Source: Escherichia coli
Lineage (GTDB): Bacteria > Pseudomonadota > Gammaproteobacteria > Enterobacterales > Enterobacteriaceae
DNA length: 64,000 bases
Strand: one strand, 5' to 3'
NCBI RefSeq assembly: GCF_051903065.1
Contig: NZ_CP178438.1
Positions 1 to 16,073 of this stretch are shown here, piece after piece. Below the pieces are notes generated by a model, which had not been told where the DNA came from, did no database searches, and worked only from the letters and a program-made list of their open reading frames with translations. Made by a program: the position numbers and the translations under genes. Each line of letters opens with the position of its first letter. The stretch's first letter is position 1.

Positions 1-99
1 GGTAAGATTCTTATCCCAAAAGTGAAGGATAAGCTGCATTTGTCAGTGATGTCCGAAGTTAACCGTCAGGTTATGCGTCTGCAAACAGAGATGGCTTAA
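1..99 (+). CDS. ytfK: 3' end of small protein YtfK (5' part lies outside the window)
   Basis: Frame-1 translation [32 protein letters not shown] ending at TAA 97-99; position upstream of ytfL matches K-12 order; identity recalled from memory. Confidence 0.6.
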
Positions 100-160
100 C
101 CAAAGTGCTATGCAGTAAAAAGACGGCTCCTGATTCAGGAGCCGTTGATGTTTATGGGGG

Positions 161-1504
161 TTACGCGACGCTTTCTTCTTTATCTTTAGCGTCAGGCAGT
201 TTTGGCGAAAGGGCTGTGGCCTTGCTGTCGATCCGGGTCACCAGCAGCTGGTCGATGCGGTAGTTATCGATATCCACCACTTCAAATTTGTAGCCGGCGA
301 ATTTCACCGAATCGGTGCGTTTCGGGATCTTACGCAGCATAAACATCATAAAGCCGCCGATGGTTTCGTAGTTGCCCGACTGCGGGAACTCGTCAATATC
401 CAGCACGCGCATGACGTCGTCAATCGGAGTGCCGCCGTCAATCAGCCATGAGTTCTCATCACGGGCGACAATCTGCTCTTCCAGTCCCTGACCGACCAGA
501 TCGCCCATCAGCGTGGTCATCACGTCGTTGAGGGTGATGATCCCCACTACCAGCGCGTACTCGTTCATGATCACCGCGAAGTCTTCTCCTGCGGTTTTAA
601 AACTTTCCAACGCCTCTGAAAGGGTTAACGTATCCGGCACAATCAGCGTGTTGCGAATTTGTACGCCGCTGTTCAGTGCCAGGCTTTGGTTAGCCAGCAC
701 GCGGTTCAGCAGGTCTTTAGAATCGACATAGCCGATGATGTGGTCAATATCTTCATTACAGACGAGGAACTTAGAGTGCGGATGTTCCGCCACCTTATTT
801 TTCAGACTTTGCTCATCTTCGTGGAGATCAAACCAAATCACGTTTTCACGCGGTGTCATTGAAGACGGAACGGTACGGGATTCCAGCTCAAAGACGTTTT
901 CAATCAGCTCGTGTTCCTGTTTACGTAACACGCCCGCCAGCGCACCGGCTTCCACTACCGCGTAGATGTCATCAGAAGTGATGTCATCTTTACGTACCAT
1001 TGGCAGTTTGAAAATACGGAAGATCATGTTCGCCAGGCCGTTGAAGAACCACACCAGCGGGGTGCAAACGTACAGGCAGAAGCGCATCGGGTTGATGATA
1101 CGCAAAGCCACCGCTTCTGGCGCAATCATACCGATGCGTTTCGGGGTTAAATCCGCAAACAGGATAAACATGCCAGTCACTAACGAGAAAGAGAGAATAA
1201 AGCTCAGTTGCTCAGAGAGCTCTGCCGACATATAGCGGGAGAACAGGCTGTGAAAAGCTGGAGAAAATGCCGCATCACCGACGATACCGCCGAGAATCGC
1301 CACTGCGTTCAGACCGATTTGGACCACGGTAAAGAACATGCCGGGATTTTCCTGCATATTCAGAACGCGTTGGGCATTTATATTGCCTTCATCAGCCAGC
1401 AGTTTAAGTTTGATTTTGCGTGAGGCGGCAAGCGAGATCTCGGACATCGAGAAGAACGCACTTACAGCGATCAAGCAGAGTATGACTAAAATACTGTTTA
1501 ACAT
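161..1504 (-). CDS. ytfL: CNNM/CorC-type inner membrane protein with CBS domains (YtfL/PaeA)
   Basis: 447-aa ORF with N-terminal TM segments and CBS/CorC-like C-terminus; length and synteny with msrA match YtfL. Confidence 0.9.
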   Translation of the reverse strand: MLNSILVILCLIAVSAFFSMSEISLAASRKIKLKLLADEGNINAQRVLNMQENPGMFFTVVQIGLNAVAILGGIVGDAAFSPAFHSLFSRYMSAELSEQLSFILSFSLVTGMFILFADLTPKRIGMIAPEAVALRIINPMRFCLYVCTPLVWFFNGLANMIFRIFKLPMVRKDDITSDDIYAVVEAGALAGVLRKQEHELIENVFELESRTVPSSMTPRENVIWFDLHEDEQSLKNKVAEHPHSKFLVCNEDIDHIIGYVDSKDLLNRVLANQSLALNSGVQIRNTLIVPDTLTLSEALESFKTAGEDFAVIMNEYALVVGIITLNDVMTTLMGDLVGQGLEEQIVARDENSWLIDGGTPIDDVMRVLDIDEFPQSGNYETIGGFMMFMLRKIPKRTDSVKFAGYKFEVVDIDNYRIDQLLVTRIDSKATALSPKLPDAKDKEESVA

Positions 1505-1681
1505 ATCTTATCCGACCTTTCAGGCCAGATCCTCGGAAGGGGAAGTTGATTAATTTGTGTGAAATACACATTGAAAGCCGATTCGAAGAAAGTGAACCGG
1601 CATTTTCAGTGGCTAGTATAGCGTAAGGTACTGTAAAGTCGCCAGAGGGTTAAAATTCAGACTGCTGATAAATGCAATACT

Positions 1682-1782
1682 GCCTGATGCGCTATGCCGA
1701 TCAGGCCTACGCAGTCCTTGCAATATATTGAATTTGGACGATTTTGTAGGCCTGGTAAGGCGTTTACGCCGCATCCGGCATA
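1682..1782. repeat. REP/BIME palindromic elements
   Basis: gcctgatgcg...tcaggcctac and gtaggcctg...gccgcatccggca motifs typical of E. coli REP units. Confidence 0.6.
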
Positions 1783-1826
1783 AATAAAGCGCACTTTATC
1801 AACAATCTACATTTGTACCCGTAACG

Positions 1827-2465
1827 CTATGCTTCCGGTGGCAGACAGACGCCAATTCCGCCAATTCCACAGTAACCATACGGGTTTTTATGCAGATATT
1901 GCTGGTGGTCATCTTCGGCATAATAAAACGGTGTGGCGTTAGCGATTTCCGTGGTGATGCGACGATCGTCATCGGCGGCAAGCATCGCCGCCTGAAAACG
2001 TTCCAGACTGGCGCGAGCTGCGGCATCCTGTTCTGGGGTCAGCGGATAAATCGCTGAACGATACTGCGTGCCGTGGTCATTGCCCTGACGCATTCCTTGG
2101 GCGGGATCGTGATTCTCCCAAAATACCTGTAGCAACTGCTCATAGCTGATGACGGAAGGATCGTAAACAATGCGTACCGCTTCGGCATGACCCGTATCAC
2201 CGGAGCACACTTCCCGATAAGTCGGATTTGGCGTATAGCCGCCGGTATAGCCTGCGGCGGTGCTGTAAACGCCGGGTAACTGCCAGAACAGACGCTCCAC
2301 ACCCCAGAAACAACCCATCGCAAAAATGGCAATCTCCATTCCGTCAGGTACATTGGTCATTGAGTGACCGTTGACCGCATGCAGCGTGGCTACGGGCATC
2401 GGGGTGTTACGTCCAGGCAGGGCATCGGCGGGGGAAACCAGATGCTTTTTATCAAATAAACTCAT
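1827..2465 (-). CDS. msrA: peptide methionine sulfoxide reductase A
   Basis: ORF contains [10 protein letters not shown]...GCFWGVE active-site motif; 212-aa product when started at ATG 2465 (tool ORF extends upstream to 2531). Confidence 0.95.
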   Translation of the reverse strand: MSLFDKKHLVSPADALPGRNTPMPVATLHAVNGHSMTNVPDGMEIAIFAMGCFWGVERLFWQLPGVYSTAAGYTGGYTPNPTYREVCSGDTGHAEAVRIVYDPSVISYEQLLQVFWENHDPAQGMRQGNDHGTQYRSAIYPLTPEQDAAARASLERFQAAMLAADDDRRITTEIANATPFYYAEDDHQQYLHKNPYGYCGIGGIGVCLPPEA

Positions 2466-2628
2466 GGTGTCGCTCTCCCGAAAATCGGTCATTGGGGTTA
2501 AGGTTGTAACAAGAGGCGTATTTGCACACAATAACCGCCGTGAATAGGTCTAAAGTAAAACATAAGAAATATTTGGGGTTTAGTCTGCTTTTTAATCCAT
2601 ATTACTGGATTTTTGTTAAGCCGTTTAA

Positions 2629-8180
<5,552 letters not shown>

Positions 8181-8182
8181 CA

Positions 8183-8524
8183 ATGCGAATATTTGTCTAC
8201 GGCAGTTTACGCCACAAACAAGGCAACAGTCACTGGATGACCAATGCCCAGTTACTGGGCGATTTCAGTATCGATAACTACCAGTTGTATAGCCTGGGCC
8301 ACTATCCAGGCGCAGTTCCGGGGAACGGAACGGTACACGGTGAAGTTTATCGTATTGACAACGCCACGCTGGCCGAACTTGATGCCTTGCGCACCAGGGG
8401 CGGTGAATACGCGCGCCAGTTGATTCAGACGCCGTACGGGAGTGCATGGATGTACGTTTATCAACGACCCGTCGATGGATTAAAGCTAATTGAAAGCGGC
8501 GACTGGTTAGACAGGGATAAGTAA
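8183..8524 (+). CDS. ytfP: gamma-glutamylcyclotransferase family protein YtfP
   Basis: 113-aa ORF MRIFVYGSLR... (AIG2-like YGSL motif) immediately after tamB. Confidence 0.85.
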   Translation: MRIFVYGSLRHKQGNSHWMTNAQLLGDFSIDNYQLYSLGHYPGAVPGNGTVHGEVYRIDNATLAELDALRTRGGEYARQLIQTPYGSAWMYVYQRPVDGLKLIESGDWLDRDK

Positions 8525-8735
8525 CCCTATGCATACGCCACCTTCGGGTGGCGTTGTTTTTTGCGAGACGACTCGCATTCTGTTTTGTAATTCCCTCACC
8601 TTTTGCTTTTCTCTCCGAGCCGCTTTCCATATCTATTAACGCATAAAAAACTCTGCTGGCATTCACAAATGCGCAGGGGTAAAACGTTTCCTGTAGCACC
8701 GTGAGTTATACTTTGTATAACTTAAGGAGGTGCAG

Positions 8736-8987
8736 ATGCGTATTACCATAAAAAGATGGGGGAACAGTGCAGGTATGGTCATTCCCAATATCGTAATGAA
8801 AGAACTTAACTTACAGCCGGGGCAGAGCGTGGAAGCGCAGGTGAGCAACAACCAACTGATTCTGACACCCATCTCCAGGCGCTACTCGCTTGATGAACTG
8901 CTGGCACAGTGTGACATGAACGCCGCGGAACTTAGCGAGCAGGATGTCTGGGGTAAATCCACCCCTGCGGGTGACGAAATATGGTAA
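8736..8987 (+). CDS. chpS: ChpS antitoxin (MazE-like)
   Basis: MRITIKRWGNSAGMVIP AbrB/MazE-type fold; RBS aaggagg 5 nt upstream of ATG 8736; 7-nt overlap with chpB. Confidence 0.9.
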   Translation: MRITIKRWGNSAGMVIPNIVMKELNLQPGQSVEAQVSNNQLILTPISRRYSLDELLAQCDMNAAELSEQDVWGKSTPAGDEIW

Positions 8988-9331
8988 AGAAAAGTGAATT
9001 TGAACGGGGAGACATTGTGCTGGTTGGCTTTGATCCAGCAAGCAGCCATGAACAGCAAGGTGCTGGTCGACCTGCGCTTGTGCTCTCCGTTCAAGCCTTT
9101 AATCAACTGGGAATGACGCTGGTGGCCCCCATTACGCAGGGTGGAAATTTTGCCCGTTATGCCGGATTTAGCGTTCCTTTACATTGCGAAGAAGGCGATG
9201 TGCACGGCGTGGTGCTGGTTAATCAGGTGCGGATGATGGATCTACGCGCCCGGCTGGCAAAGCGTATTGGTCTGGCTGCGGATGAGGTGGTGGAAGAGGC
9301 GTTATTACGCTTGCAGGCGGTGGTGGAATAA
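8981..9331 (+). CDS. chpB: ChpB toxin (MazF-family endoribonuclease)
   Basis: 116-aa ORF, PemK/MazF-like, overlapping the upstream antitoxin gene. Confidence 0.9.
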   Translation: MVKKSEFERGDIVLVGFDPASSHEQQGAGRPALVLSVQAFNQLGMTLVAPITQGGNFARYAGFSVPLHCEEGDVHGVVLVNQVRMMDLRARLAKRIGLAADEVVEEALLRLQAVVE

Positions 9332-9410
9332 GGTGTGTTTATTTATCGCGGGCATAAAAAAACCCTTACTAACCGAAGCCCGGCGTTCAGGGTTATTGCG
9401 CTAGAAGAAC

Positions 9411-9941
9411 TTATTTATTCTTGGCGCGCTCGAAGGAGGCAACGATTTCAGCTTTAGCGGCTTCTGCGTTTTCCCAACCTTCAACTTTCACCCACTTGCC
9501 TTTTTCGAGGTCTTTGTAGTGCTCGAAGAAATGAGCGATCTGTGCTTTCAGCAGCTCTGGCAGATCGTTAACGTCTTTAATGTGATCGTATTCTTTGCTC
9601 AGCTTGGTGTGCGGAACAGCAATCAGTTTCGCATCTTCACCGGCTTCGTCGGTCATTTTCAGAACGCCAACCGGACGGCAACGGATCACAGAACCCGGCT
9701 GCAGCGGGTACGGAGTCGGGACCAGTACGTCAACCGGGTCACCGTCCAGAGACAGGGTGTGGTTGATGTAACCGTAGTTGCACGGATAGAACATCGCGGT
9801 GGACATGAAGCGGTCAACGAACAGTGCGCCGCTCTCTTTGTCGATTTCGTATTTGATCGGATCTGCGTTAGCCGGGATCTCAATAACCACGTAGATGTCT
9901 TCCGGCAGATCTTTACCCGCAGGGACGTTGAGTAAGCTCAT
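9411..9941 (-). CDS. ppa: inorganic pyrophosphatase
   Basis: 176-aa [27 protein letters not shown]... classic family I PPase. Confidence 0.95.
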   Translation of the reverse strand: MSLLNVPAGKDLPEDIYVVIEIPANADPIKYEIDKESGALFVDRFMSTAMFYPCNYGYINHTLSLDGDPVDVLVPTPYPLQPGSVIRCRPVGVLKMTDEAGEDAKLIAVPHTKLSKEYDHIKDVNDLPELLKAQIAHFFEHYKDLEKGKWVKVEGWENAEAAKAEIVASFERAKNK

Positions 9942-10250
9942 GTCTGTTTCCTTTAAAAATATGTGGCAAACAAGTGCCGAGTATTATAGCCAACTCGCGC
10001 CGAATGTCTTCGCTTGTTTTCGTCTTCATTTTCCTTTTTCGCCAGTTTTAAGACGGTATGCAGAGCAGGAAAATCCATAACCGTAGCCGCATTTTTCATA
10101 GTGAGATGAAAGCGATTACAAACTTGTGATTAACGTTTTATTTACTTTTTTGAAGTGTGATGTAACGCAATCCGTTACATAACGAATTGTCTATAGTTTT
10201 TTCGCGAACATCTTTTCACCAATAATAATTACTCCGACGAGGACAACCCT

Positions 10251-11207
10251 ATGTGGAAACGCTTACTTGTAGTCTCTGCAGTCTCGGCAGCCATGTCGTC
10301 TATGGCGTTGGCCGCTCCATTAACCGTAGGATTTTCGCAGGTCGGATCGGAATCCGGCTGGCGCGCCGCAGAAACCAATGTGGCGAAAAGTGAGGCAGAA
10401 AAACGCGGAATTACGCTGAAAATTGCCGATGGTCAGCAAAAGCAGGAAAACCAGATTAAAGCGGTACGTTCCTTCGTTGCACAAGGGGTGGATGCGATCT
10501 TTATCGCTCCGGTGGTCGCGACAGGTTGGGAACCGGTATTAAAAGAGGCGAAAGATGCCGAAATCCCGGTCTTCTTGCTCGACCGTTCCATCGATGTGAA
10601 AGACAAATCTCTCTATATGACCACCGTTACTGCCGACAACATCCTCGAAGGTAAGTTGATCGGTGACTGGCTGGTAAAAGAAGTGAATGGCAAACCATGC
10701 AACGTGGTGGAGCTGCAGGGCACCGTTGGGGCCAGCGTCGCCATTGACCGTAAGAAAGGCTTTGCCGAAGCCATTAAGAATGCGCCAAATATCAAAATCA
10801 TCCGCTCGCAGTCAGGTGACTTCACCCGCAGTAAAGGCAAAGAAGTCATGGAGAGCTTTATCAAAGCGGAAAACAACGGCAAAAACATCTGCATGGTTTA
10901 CGCCCATAACGACGACATGGTGATTGGTGCAATTCAGGCAATTAAAGAAGCGGGCCTGAAACCGGGCAAAGATATCCTCACGGGTTCCATTGACGGTGTA
11001 CCGGACATCTACAAAGCGATGATGGATGGCGAAGCGAACGCCAGTGTTGAACTGACGCCGAACATGGCGGGACCCGCTTTTGACGCGCTGGAGAAATACA
11101 AAAAAGACGGCACCATGCCTGAAAAGCTGACGTTAACCAAATCCACCCTTTACCTGCCTGATACCGCAAAAGAAGAGTTAGAGAAGAAGAAAAATATGGG
11201 GTATTGA
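10251..11207 (+). CDS. ytfQ: periplasmic sugar-binding protein of ABC transporter (galactofuranose-binding YtfQ)
   Basis: 318-aa ORF with signal peptide and periplasmic binding protein fold; first gene of ytfQRT-yjfF cluster. Confidence 0.9.
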   Translation: MWKRLLVVSAVSAAMSSMALAAPLTVGFSQVGSESGWRAAETNVAKSEAEKRGITLKIADGQQKQENQIKAVRSFVAQGVDAIFIAPVVATGWEPVLKEAKDAEIPVFLLDRSIDVKDKSLYMTTVTADNILEGKLIGDWLVKEVNGKPCNVVELQGTVGASVAIDRKKGFAEAIKNAPNIKIIRSQSGDFTRSKGKEVMESFIKAENNGKNICMVYAHNDDMVIGAIQAIKEAGLKPGKDILTGSIDGVPDIYKAMMDGEANASVELTPNMAGPAFDALEKYKKDGTMPEKLTLTKSTLYLPDTAKEELEKKKNMGY

Positions 11208-11214
11208 GGGTTGC

Positions 11215-11335
11215 TATGCCTGATGCCGATTCGTAGGCCGGATAAGGCGCTCGCGCCGCATCCGGCGATGGTGCACTGAAGCCTGATGCGACGCTTACCG
11301 CGTCTTATCATGCCTACTGGGAGCACGCTTTACAC
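11215..11335. repeat. REP/BIME palindromic elements
   Basis: gtaggccggataaggcg...gccgcatccggc and gcctgatgcgacgc...gtcttatcatgcctac motifs. Confidence 0.6.
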
Positions 11336-11346
11336 CGGGGGAAACC

Positions 11347-12849
11347 ATGACGACCGACCAACACCAGGAGATCCTCCGCACCGAAGGATTAAGTAAATTT
11401 TTCCCCGGCGTCAAAGCGTTAGACAACGTTGATTTCAGCCTGCGCCGTGGCGAAATCATGGCGCTGCTCGGTGAAAACGGGGCGGGAAAATCAACGCTAA
11501 TCAAAGCATTAACTGGTGTATACCACGCCGATCGCGGCACCATCTGGCTGGAAGGCCAGGCTATCTCACCGAAAAATACCGCCCACGCGCAACAACTCGG
11601 CATTGGCACCGTCTATCAGGAAGTCAACCTGCTACCCAATATGTCGGTCGCTGATAATCTATTTATAGGCCGCGAACCCAAACGCTTCGGCCTTCTACGC
11701 CGCAAAGAGATGGAAAAGCGCGCCACCGAACTGATGGCATCTTACGGTTTCTCCCTCGACGTGCGCGAACCGCTCAACCGCTTTTCAGTCGCGATGCAGC
11801 AAATCGTCGCTATTTGCCGGGCTATCGATCTCTCTGCCAAAGTGCTGATCCTCGATGAACCCACCGCCAGTCTCGACACCCAGGAAGTGGAGTTACTGTT
11901 TGACCTGATGCGTCAGTTGCGCGATCGCGGCGTCAGCCTGATCTTTGTCACTCACTTTCTCGATCAGGTCTATCAGGTCAGCGATCGGATCACCGTCTTA
12001 CGCAACGGCAGTTTCGTAGGCTGTCGGGAAACGTGCGAGCTACCGCAGATCGAACTGGTAAAAATGATGCTGGGGCGCGAGCTGGATACCCACGCGCTAC
12101 AGCGTGCCGGGCGAACATTGTTGAGCGACAAACCCGTTGCCGCGTTCAAAAATTACGGCAAAAAAGGAACGATCGCACCGTTTGATCTCGAAGTACGCCC
12201 CGGCGAGATCGTCGGTCTGGCTGGCTTGCTGGGATCAGGACGTACCGAAACCGCCGAAGTGATCTTCGGTATCAAACCTGCTGACAGCGGCACTGCGTTG
12301 ATCAAAGGCAAACCGCAAACCCTGCGATCGCCACATCAGGCGTCGGTACTGGGCATCGGCTTCTGCCCGGAAGACAGGAAAACCGATGGCATCATCGCCG
12401 CCACCTCGGTACGGGAAAATATCATCCTCGCTCTCCAGGCCCAGCGCGGCTGGCTACGACCCATTTCCCGCAAAGAGCAGCAAGAGATTGCCGAACGCTT
12501 TATCCGCCAGCTTGGCATTCGCACACCTTCAACTGAACAACCGATTGAATTTCTCTCTGGCGGCAATCAGCAAAAAGTGTTGCTTTCACGTTGGCTACTG
12601 ACCCGACCGCAATTTCTGATCCTTGATGAGCCAACTCGCGGCATTGATGTTGGTGCCCACGCCGAGATCATCCGCCTGATTGAAACGCTATGCGCCGATG
12701 GTCTGGCGCTGCTGGTGATCTCCTCCGAACTGGAAGAACTGGTGGGCTATGCCGACCGGGTGATCATCATGCGCGATCGCAAACAGGTGGCGGAGATCCC
12801 GCTGGCAGAGCTTTCCGTTCCGGCGATCATGAATGCCATTGCGGCGTAA
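11347..12849 (+). CDS. ytfR: ABC transporter ATP-binding protein with duplicated ATPase domains
   Basis: 500-aa ORF with two Walker A motifs (GENGAGKST, GLLGSGRTE) and LSGG signature. Confidence 0.9.
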   Translation: MTTDQHQEILRTEGLSKFFPGVKALDNVDFSLRRGEIMALLGENGAGKSTLIKALTGVYHADRGTIWLEGQAISPKNTAHAQQLGIGTVYQEVNLLPNMSVADNLFIGREPKRFGLLRRKEMEKRATELMASYGFSLDVREPLNRFSVAMQQIVAICRAIDLSAKVLILDEPTASLDTQEVELLFDLMRQLRDRGVSLIFVTHFLDQVYQVSDRITVLRNGSFVGCRETCELPQIELVKMMLGRELDTHALQRAGRTLLSDKPVAAFKNYGKKGTIAPFDLEVRPGEIVGLAGLLGSGRTETAEVIFGIKPADSGTALIKGKPQTLRSPHQASVLGIGFCPEDRKTDGIIAATSVRENIILALQAQRGWLRPISRKEQQEIAERFIRQLGIRTPSTEQPIEFLSGGNQQKVLLSRWLLTRPQFLILDEPTRGIDVGAHAEIIRLIETLCADGLALLVISSELEELVGYADRVIIMRDRKQVAEIPLAELSVPAIMNAIAA

Positions 12850-12859
12850 GGAGAACAGT

Positions 12860-13885
12860 GTGATGCCTCAATCTCTCCCGGACACTACGCCGCCGAAAAG
12901 GCGCTTTCGCTGGCCAACGGGAATGCCGCAGCTGGCGGCACTGTTGCTGGTGCTGCTGGTCGATAGCCTGGTGGCCCCGCATTTCTGGCAGGTGGTGCTT
13001 CAGGATGGGCGTTTGTTCGGTAGCCCTATCGACATTCTTAATCGCGCCGCCCCCGTTGCGCTACTGGCGATTGGTATGACGCTGGTGATCGCAACAGGTG
13101 GGATTGATCTCTCCGTAGGGGCGGTGATGGCTATCGCCGGAGCCACAACGGCTGCGATGACGGTCGCGGGATTCAGCCTGCCGATTGTTTTGTTAAGCGC
13201 CCTGGGCACCGGCATCCTGGCGGGATTGTGGAACGGCATACTGGTAGCGATCCTCAAAATTCAGCCGTTTGTCGCCACTCTGATCCTGATGGTCGCCGGG
13301 CGCGGCGTGGCGCAACTGATCACCTCCGGACAGATCATCACGTTTAACTCGCCGGATCTCTCATGGTTCGGCAGTGGATCGCTGTTGTTCCTGCCAACGC
13401 CGGTCATTATCGCGGTGCTGACGCTTATCCTGTTCTGGCTGTTGACCCGCAAAACGGCGCTGGGGATGTTTATCGAAGCCGTTGGTATCAACATTCGGGC
13501 GGCAAAAAATGCCGGGGTAAACACGCGGATCATCGTCATGCTTACCTACGTGTTGAGCGGGCTGTGTGCGGCGATTGCGGGCATTATCGTGGCGGCGGAT
13601 ATTCGCGGTGCCGATGCCAACAACGCCGGATTATGGCTGGAGCTGGACGCCATTCTCGCGGTGGTGATTGGCGGTGGTTCGCTGATGGGCGGACGTTTTA
13701 ACCTACTGCTTTCGGTGGTGGGGGCGCTGATTATTCAGGGGATGAACACCGGAATTTTGCTTTCGGGCTTTCCGCCAGAGATGAACCAGGTGGTGAAAGC
13801 GGTAGTGGTGCTTTGCGTGCTGATTGTCCAGTCGCAACGCTTTATCAGTCTGATTAAAGGAGTGCGTAGCCGTGATAAAACGTAA
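12860..13885 (+). CDS. ytfT: ABC transporter permease
   Basis: Multi-TM ORF; start set at GTG 12860 to give 341 aa (ATG 12863 also possible; tool ORF starts at 12833). Confidence 0.85.
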   Translation: MMPQSLPDTTPPKRRFRWPTGMPQLAALLLVLLVDSLVAPHFWQVVLQDGRLFGSPIDILNRAAPVALLAIGMTLVIATGGIDLSVGAVMAIAGATTAAMTVAGFSLPIVLLSALGTGILAGLWNGILVAILKIQPFVATLILMVAGRGVAQLITSGQIITFNSPDLSWFGSGSLLFLPTPVIIAVLTLILFWLLTRKTALGMFIEAVGINIRAAKNAGVNTRIIVMLTYVLSGLCAAIAGIIVAADIRGADANNAGLWLELDAILAVVIGGGSLMGGRFNLLLSVVGALIIQGMNTGILLSGFPPEMNQVVKAVVVLCVLIVQSQRFISLIKGVRSRDKT

Positions 13886-14867
13886 TTTGCCACTGATGAT
13901 CACCATCGGCGTCTTTGTGCTGGGTTATCTCTACTGCCTGACCCAGTTTCCCGGTTTTGCTTCCACAAGAGTGATCTGCAATATCCTGACCGATAATGCC
14001 TTTCTTGGGATAATCGCCGTTGGCATGACCTTTGTGATCCTCTCCGGTGGGATCGATCTCTCTGTTGGTTCGGTGATCGCCTTTACCGGCGTGTTTCTGG
14101 CAAAAGTGATTGGCGATTTCGGTCTCTCGCCGCTGCTGGCGTTTCCGCTGGTGCTGGTGATGGGCTGTGCCTTCGGCGCATTTATGGGGCTTCTGATCGA
14201 CGCCCTGAAGATCCCGGCGTTTATCATTACCCTTGCGGGGATGTTCTTTTTGCGCGGTGTCAGCTATCTCATCTCAGAAGAGTCGATCCCGATAAACCAT
14301 CCCATTTATGACACGCTCTCAAGCCTTACGTGGAAAATTCCTGGCGGCGGTCGCTTAAGTGCGATGGGGCTGCTGATGCTGGTGGTGGTGGTTATCGGCA
14401 TATTCCTCGCGCATCGTACCCGCTTTGGTAATCAGGTGTACGCCATTGGCGGCAATGCGACGTCGGCAAACCTGATGGGGATTTCCACTCGCAGCACAAC
14501 TATTCGCATTTATATGCTCTCTACCGGACTGGCGACACTGGCGGGGATTGTCTTCTCGATTTATACCCAGGCCGGATACGCGCTGGCGGGCGTAGGTGTG
14601 GAACTGGACGCTATCGCCTCAGTGGTGATTGGCGGTACGCTTTTGAGCGGTGGCGTTGGAACGGTATTAGGGACGCTTTTTGGCGTGGCGATTCAGGGAC
14701 TGATTCAGACTTACATAAACTTTGATGGTACGCTGAGCTCATGGTGGACGAAAATCGCCATCGGTATTTTGTTGTTTATTTTTATAGCATTACAGCGTGG
14801 GTTAACGGTGCTGTGGGAGAATCGTCAGAGTTCGCCAGTGACAAGAGTCAACATTGCGCAGCAATAA
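13872..14867 (+). CDS. yjfF: ABC transporter permease
   Basis: 331-aa multi-TM ORF overlapping the ytfT stop. Confidence 0.9.
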   Translation: MIKRNLPLMITIGVFVLGYLYCLTQFPGFASTRVICNILTDNAFLGIIAVGMTFVILSGGIDLSVGSVIAFTGVFLAKVIGDFGLSPLLAFPLVLVMGCAFGAFMGLLIDALKIPAFIITLAGMFFLRGVSYLISEESIPINHPIYDTLSSLTWKIPGGGRLSAMGLLMLVVVVIGIFLAHRTRFGNQVYAIGGNATSANLMGISTRSTTIRIYMLSTGLATLAGIVFSIYTQAGYALAGVGVELDAIASVVIGGTLLSGGVGTVLGTLFGVAIQGLIQTYINFDGTLSSWWTKIAIGILLFIFIALQRGLTVLWENRQSSPVTRVNIAQQ

Positions 14868-14899
14868 AAACGCCTCTCCGTGTGGAGAGGCGCAGGAGA

Positions 14900-15898
14900 T
14901 TACGCGTCCGGGAACTCACGGATAAAGCGTTCGACATCTTCAACCATATGGTCGTTGCCGACAAAGAACGAACGGCGCTGGTGCAGGGTTTCCGGGATAA
15001 TATCCAGAATACGCTCTTTGCCATCGCTCGCTTTACCGCCCGCTTGTTCCGCCAGGAATGCCATCGGGTTGCACTCATACAGCAAACGCAGTTTGCCGTC
15101 CGGGTGGCTGGCGGTGCTTGGGTAGAGATAAATACCGCCTTTCAGTAGGTTACGGTGGAAATCCGCAACCAGTGAGCCGATATAACGTGAGGTATACGGG
15201 CGGTTGGTGGATTTATCTTCTTCCTGGCAGAATTTAATGTACTTCTTCACCCCGTTCGGAAACTTAATGTAGTTTCCTTCGTTGATGGAGTAGGTTTTGC
15301 CTTTCTCCGGGAAGCGCATCCGTTCCTGGCACAGGCAGAAAACGCCGAGCGAAGGATCGTAAGTAAAGGCGTGAACACCGCATCCGGTGGTGTAAACCAG
15401 CATGGTAGAGGAGCCGTATACCACGTAACCTGCCGCAACCTGTTTGTTACCAGGCTGGAGGAAATCTTCTTCCGTTACCGGCGTGCCAACAGGCGTAATG
15501 CGGCGGTAGATGGAGAAAATGGTACCGACAGAGACGTTAACATCGATGTTGGACGAGCCATCCAGTGGGTCCATCAGCACCACGTATTTTGCATGTTCAC
15601 AGCCTTCAAAGACAACAATCTCATCTTCTTCTTCAGAGGCAATGCCCGCAACGATATCGCGTGCTTTCAGTGCGGCTTTCAGTTTTTCATTAGCGAACAA
15701 GTCGAGTTTCTGTTGAACCTCGCCCTGCACGTTCTCAGCACCGCTGGCACCCAGGATATCAACCAGTCCTGCTTTGTTGATATCGCGATGGATAATCTTG
15801 GCGCCCAGTTTTATTGCCGACAGCAAAGCAGTGAGCTCACCGGTAGCATGAGAAAACTCGTGCTGCTTTTCGACAATAAATTCACCTAACGTTTTCAT
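14900..15898 (-). CDS. fbp: fructose-1,6-bisphosphatase class I
   Basis: [15 protein letters not shown]... 332 aa from ATG at 15898; tool ORF extends further upstream. Confidence 0.95.
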   Translation of the reverse strand: MKTLGEFIVEKQHEFSHATGELTALLSAIKLGAKIIHRDINKAGLVDILGASGAENVQGEVQQKLDLFANEKLKAALKARDIVAGIASEEEDEIVVFEGCEHAKYVVLMDPLDGSSNIDVNVSVGTIFSIYRRITPVGTPVTEEDFLQPGNKQVAAGYVVYGSSTMLVYTTGCGVHAFTYDPSLGVFCLCQERMRFPEKGKTYSINEGNYIKFPNGVKKYIKFCQEEDKSTNRPYTSRYIGSLVADFHRNLLKGGIYLYPSTASHPDGKLRLLYECNPMAFLAEQAGGKASDGKERILDIIPETLHQRRSFFVGNDHMVEDVERFIREFPDA

Positions 15899-16073
15899 AA
15901 AACTTTCCCTGCAATGTTTATGGAGTAAAGCGACCGCAACAATCTTAACAAATAATCTCAATGTTGCGCTCAGGTGAATCGCGCCAGCAAATTGCGGATT
16001 ATCCTGAAATGCGTTTCTCACTTGCCCGACATATGCGTAAAATGAGCGGCAGATTAAAAAAGGATAGTGACGT

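Noticed and set aside
2466-2531. N-terminal extensions of tool ORFs for msrA (also fbp 15899-16081, treC 25057-25203, bdcA 34401-34478, yjgR 49501-49548, ahr 50650-50691)
   Set aside because: The longest-ORF starts give proteins longer than the conserved families; internal ATGs with RBS give the canonical lengths, so the extensions were trimmed.
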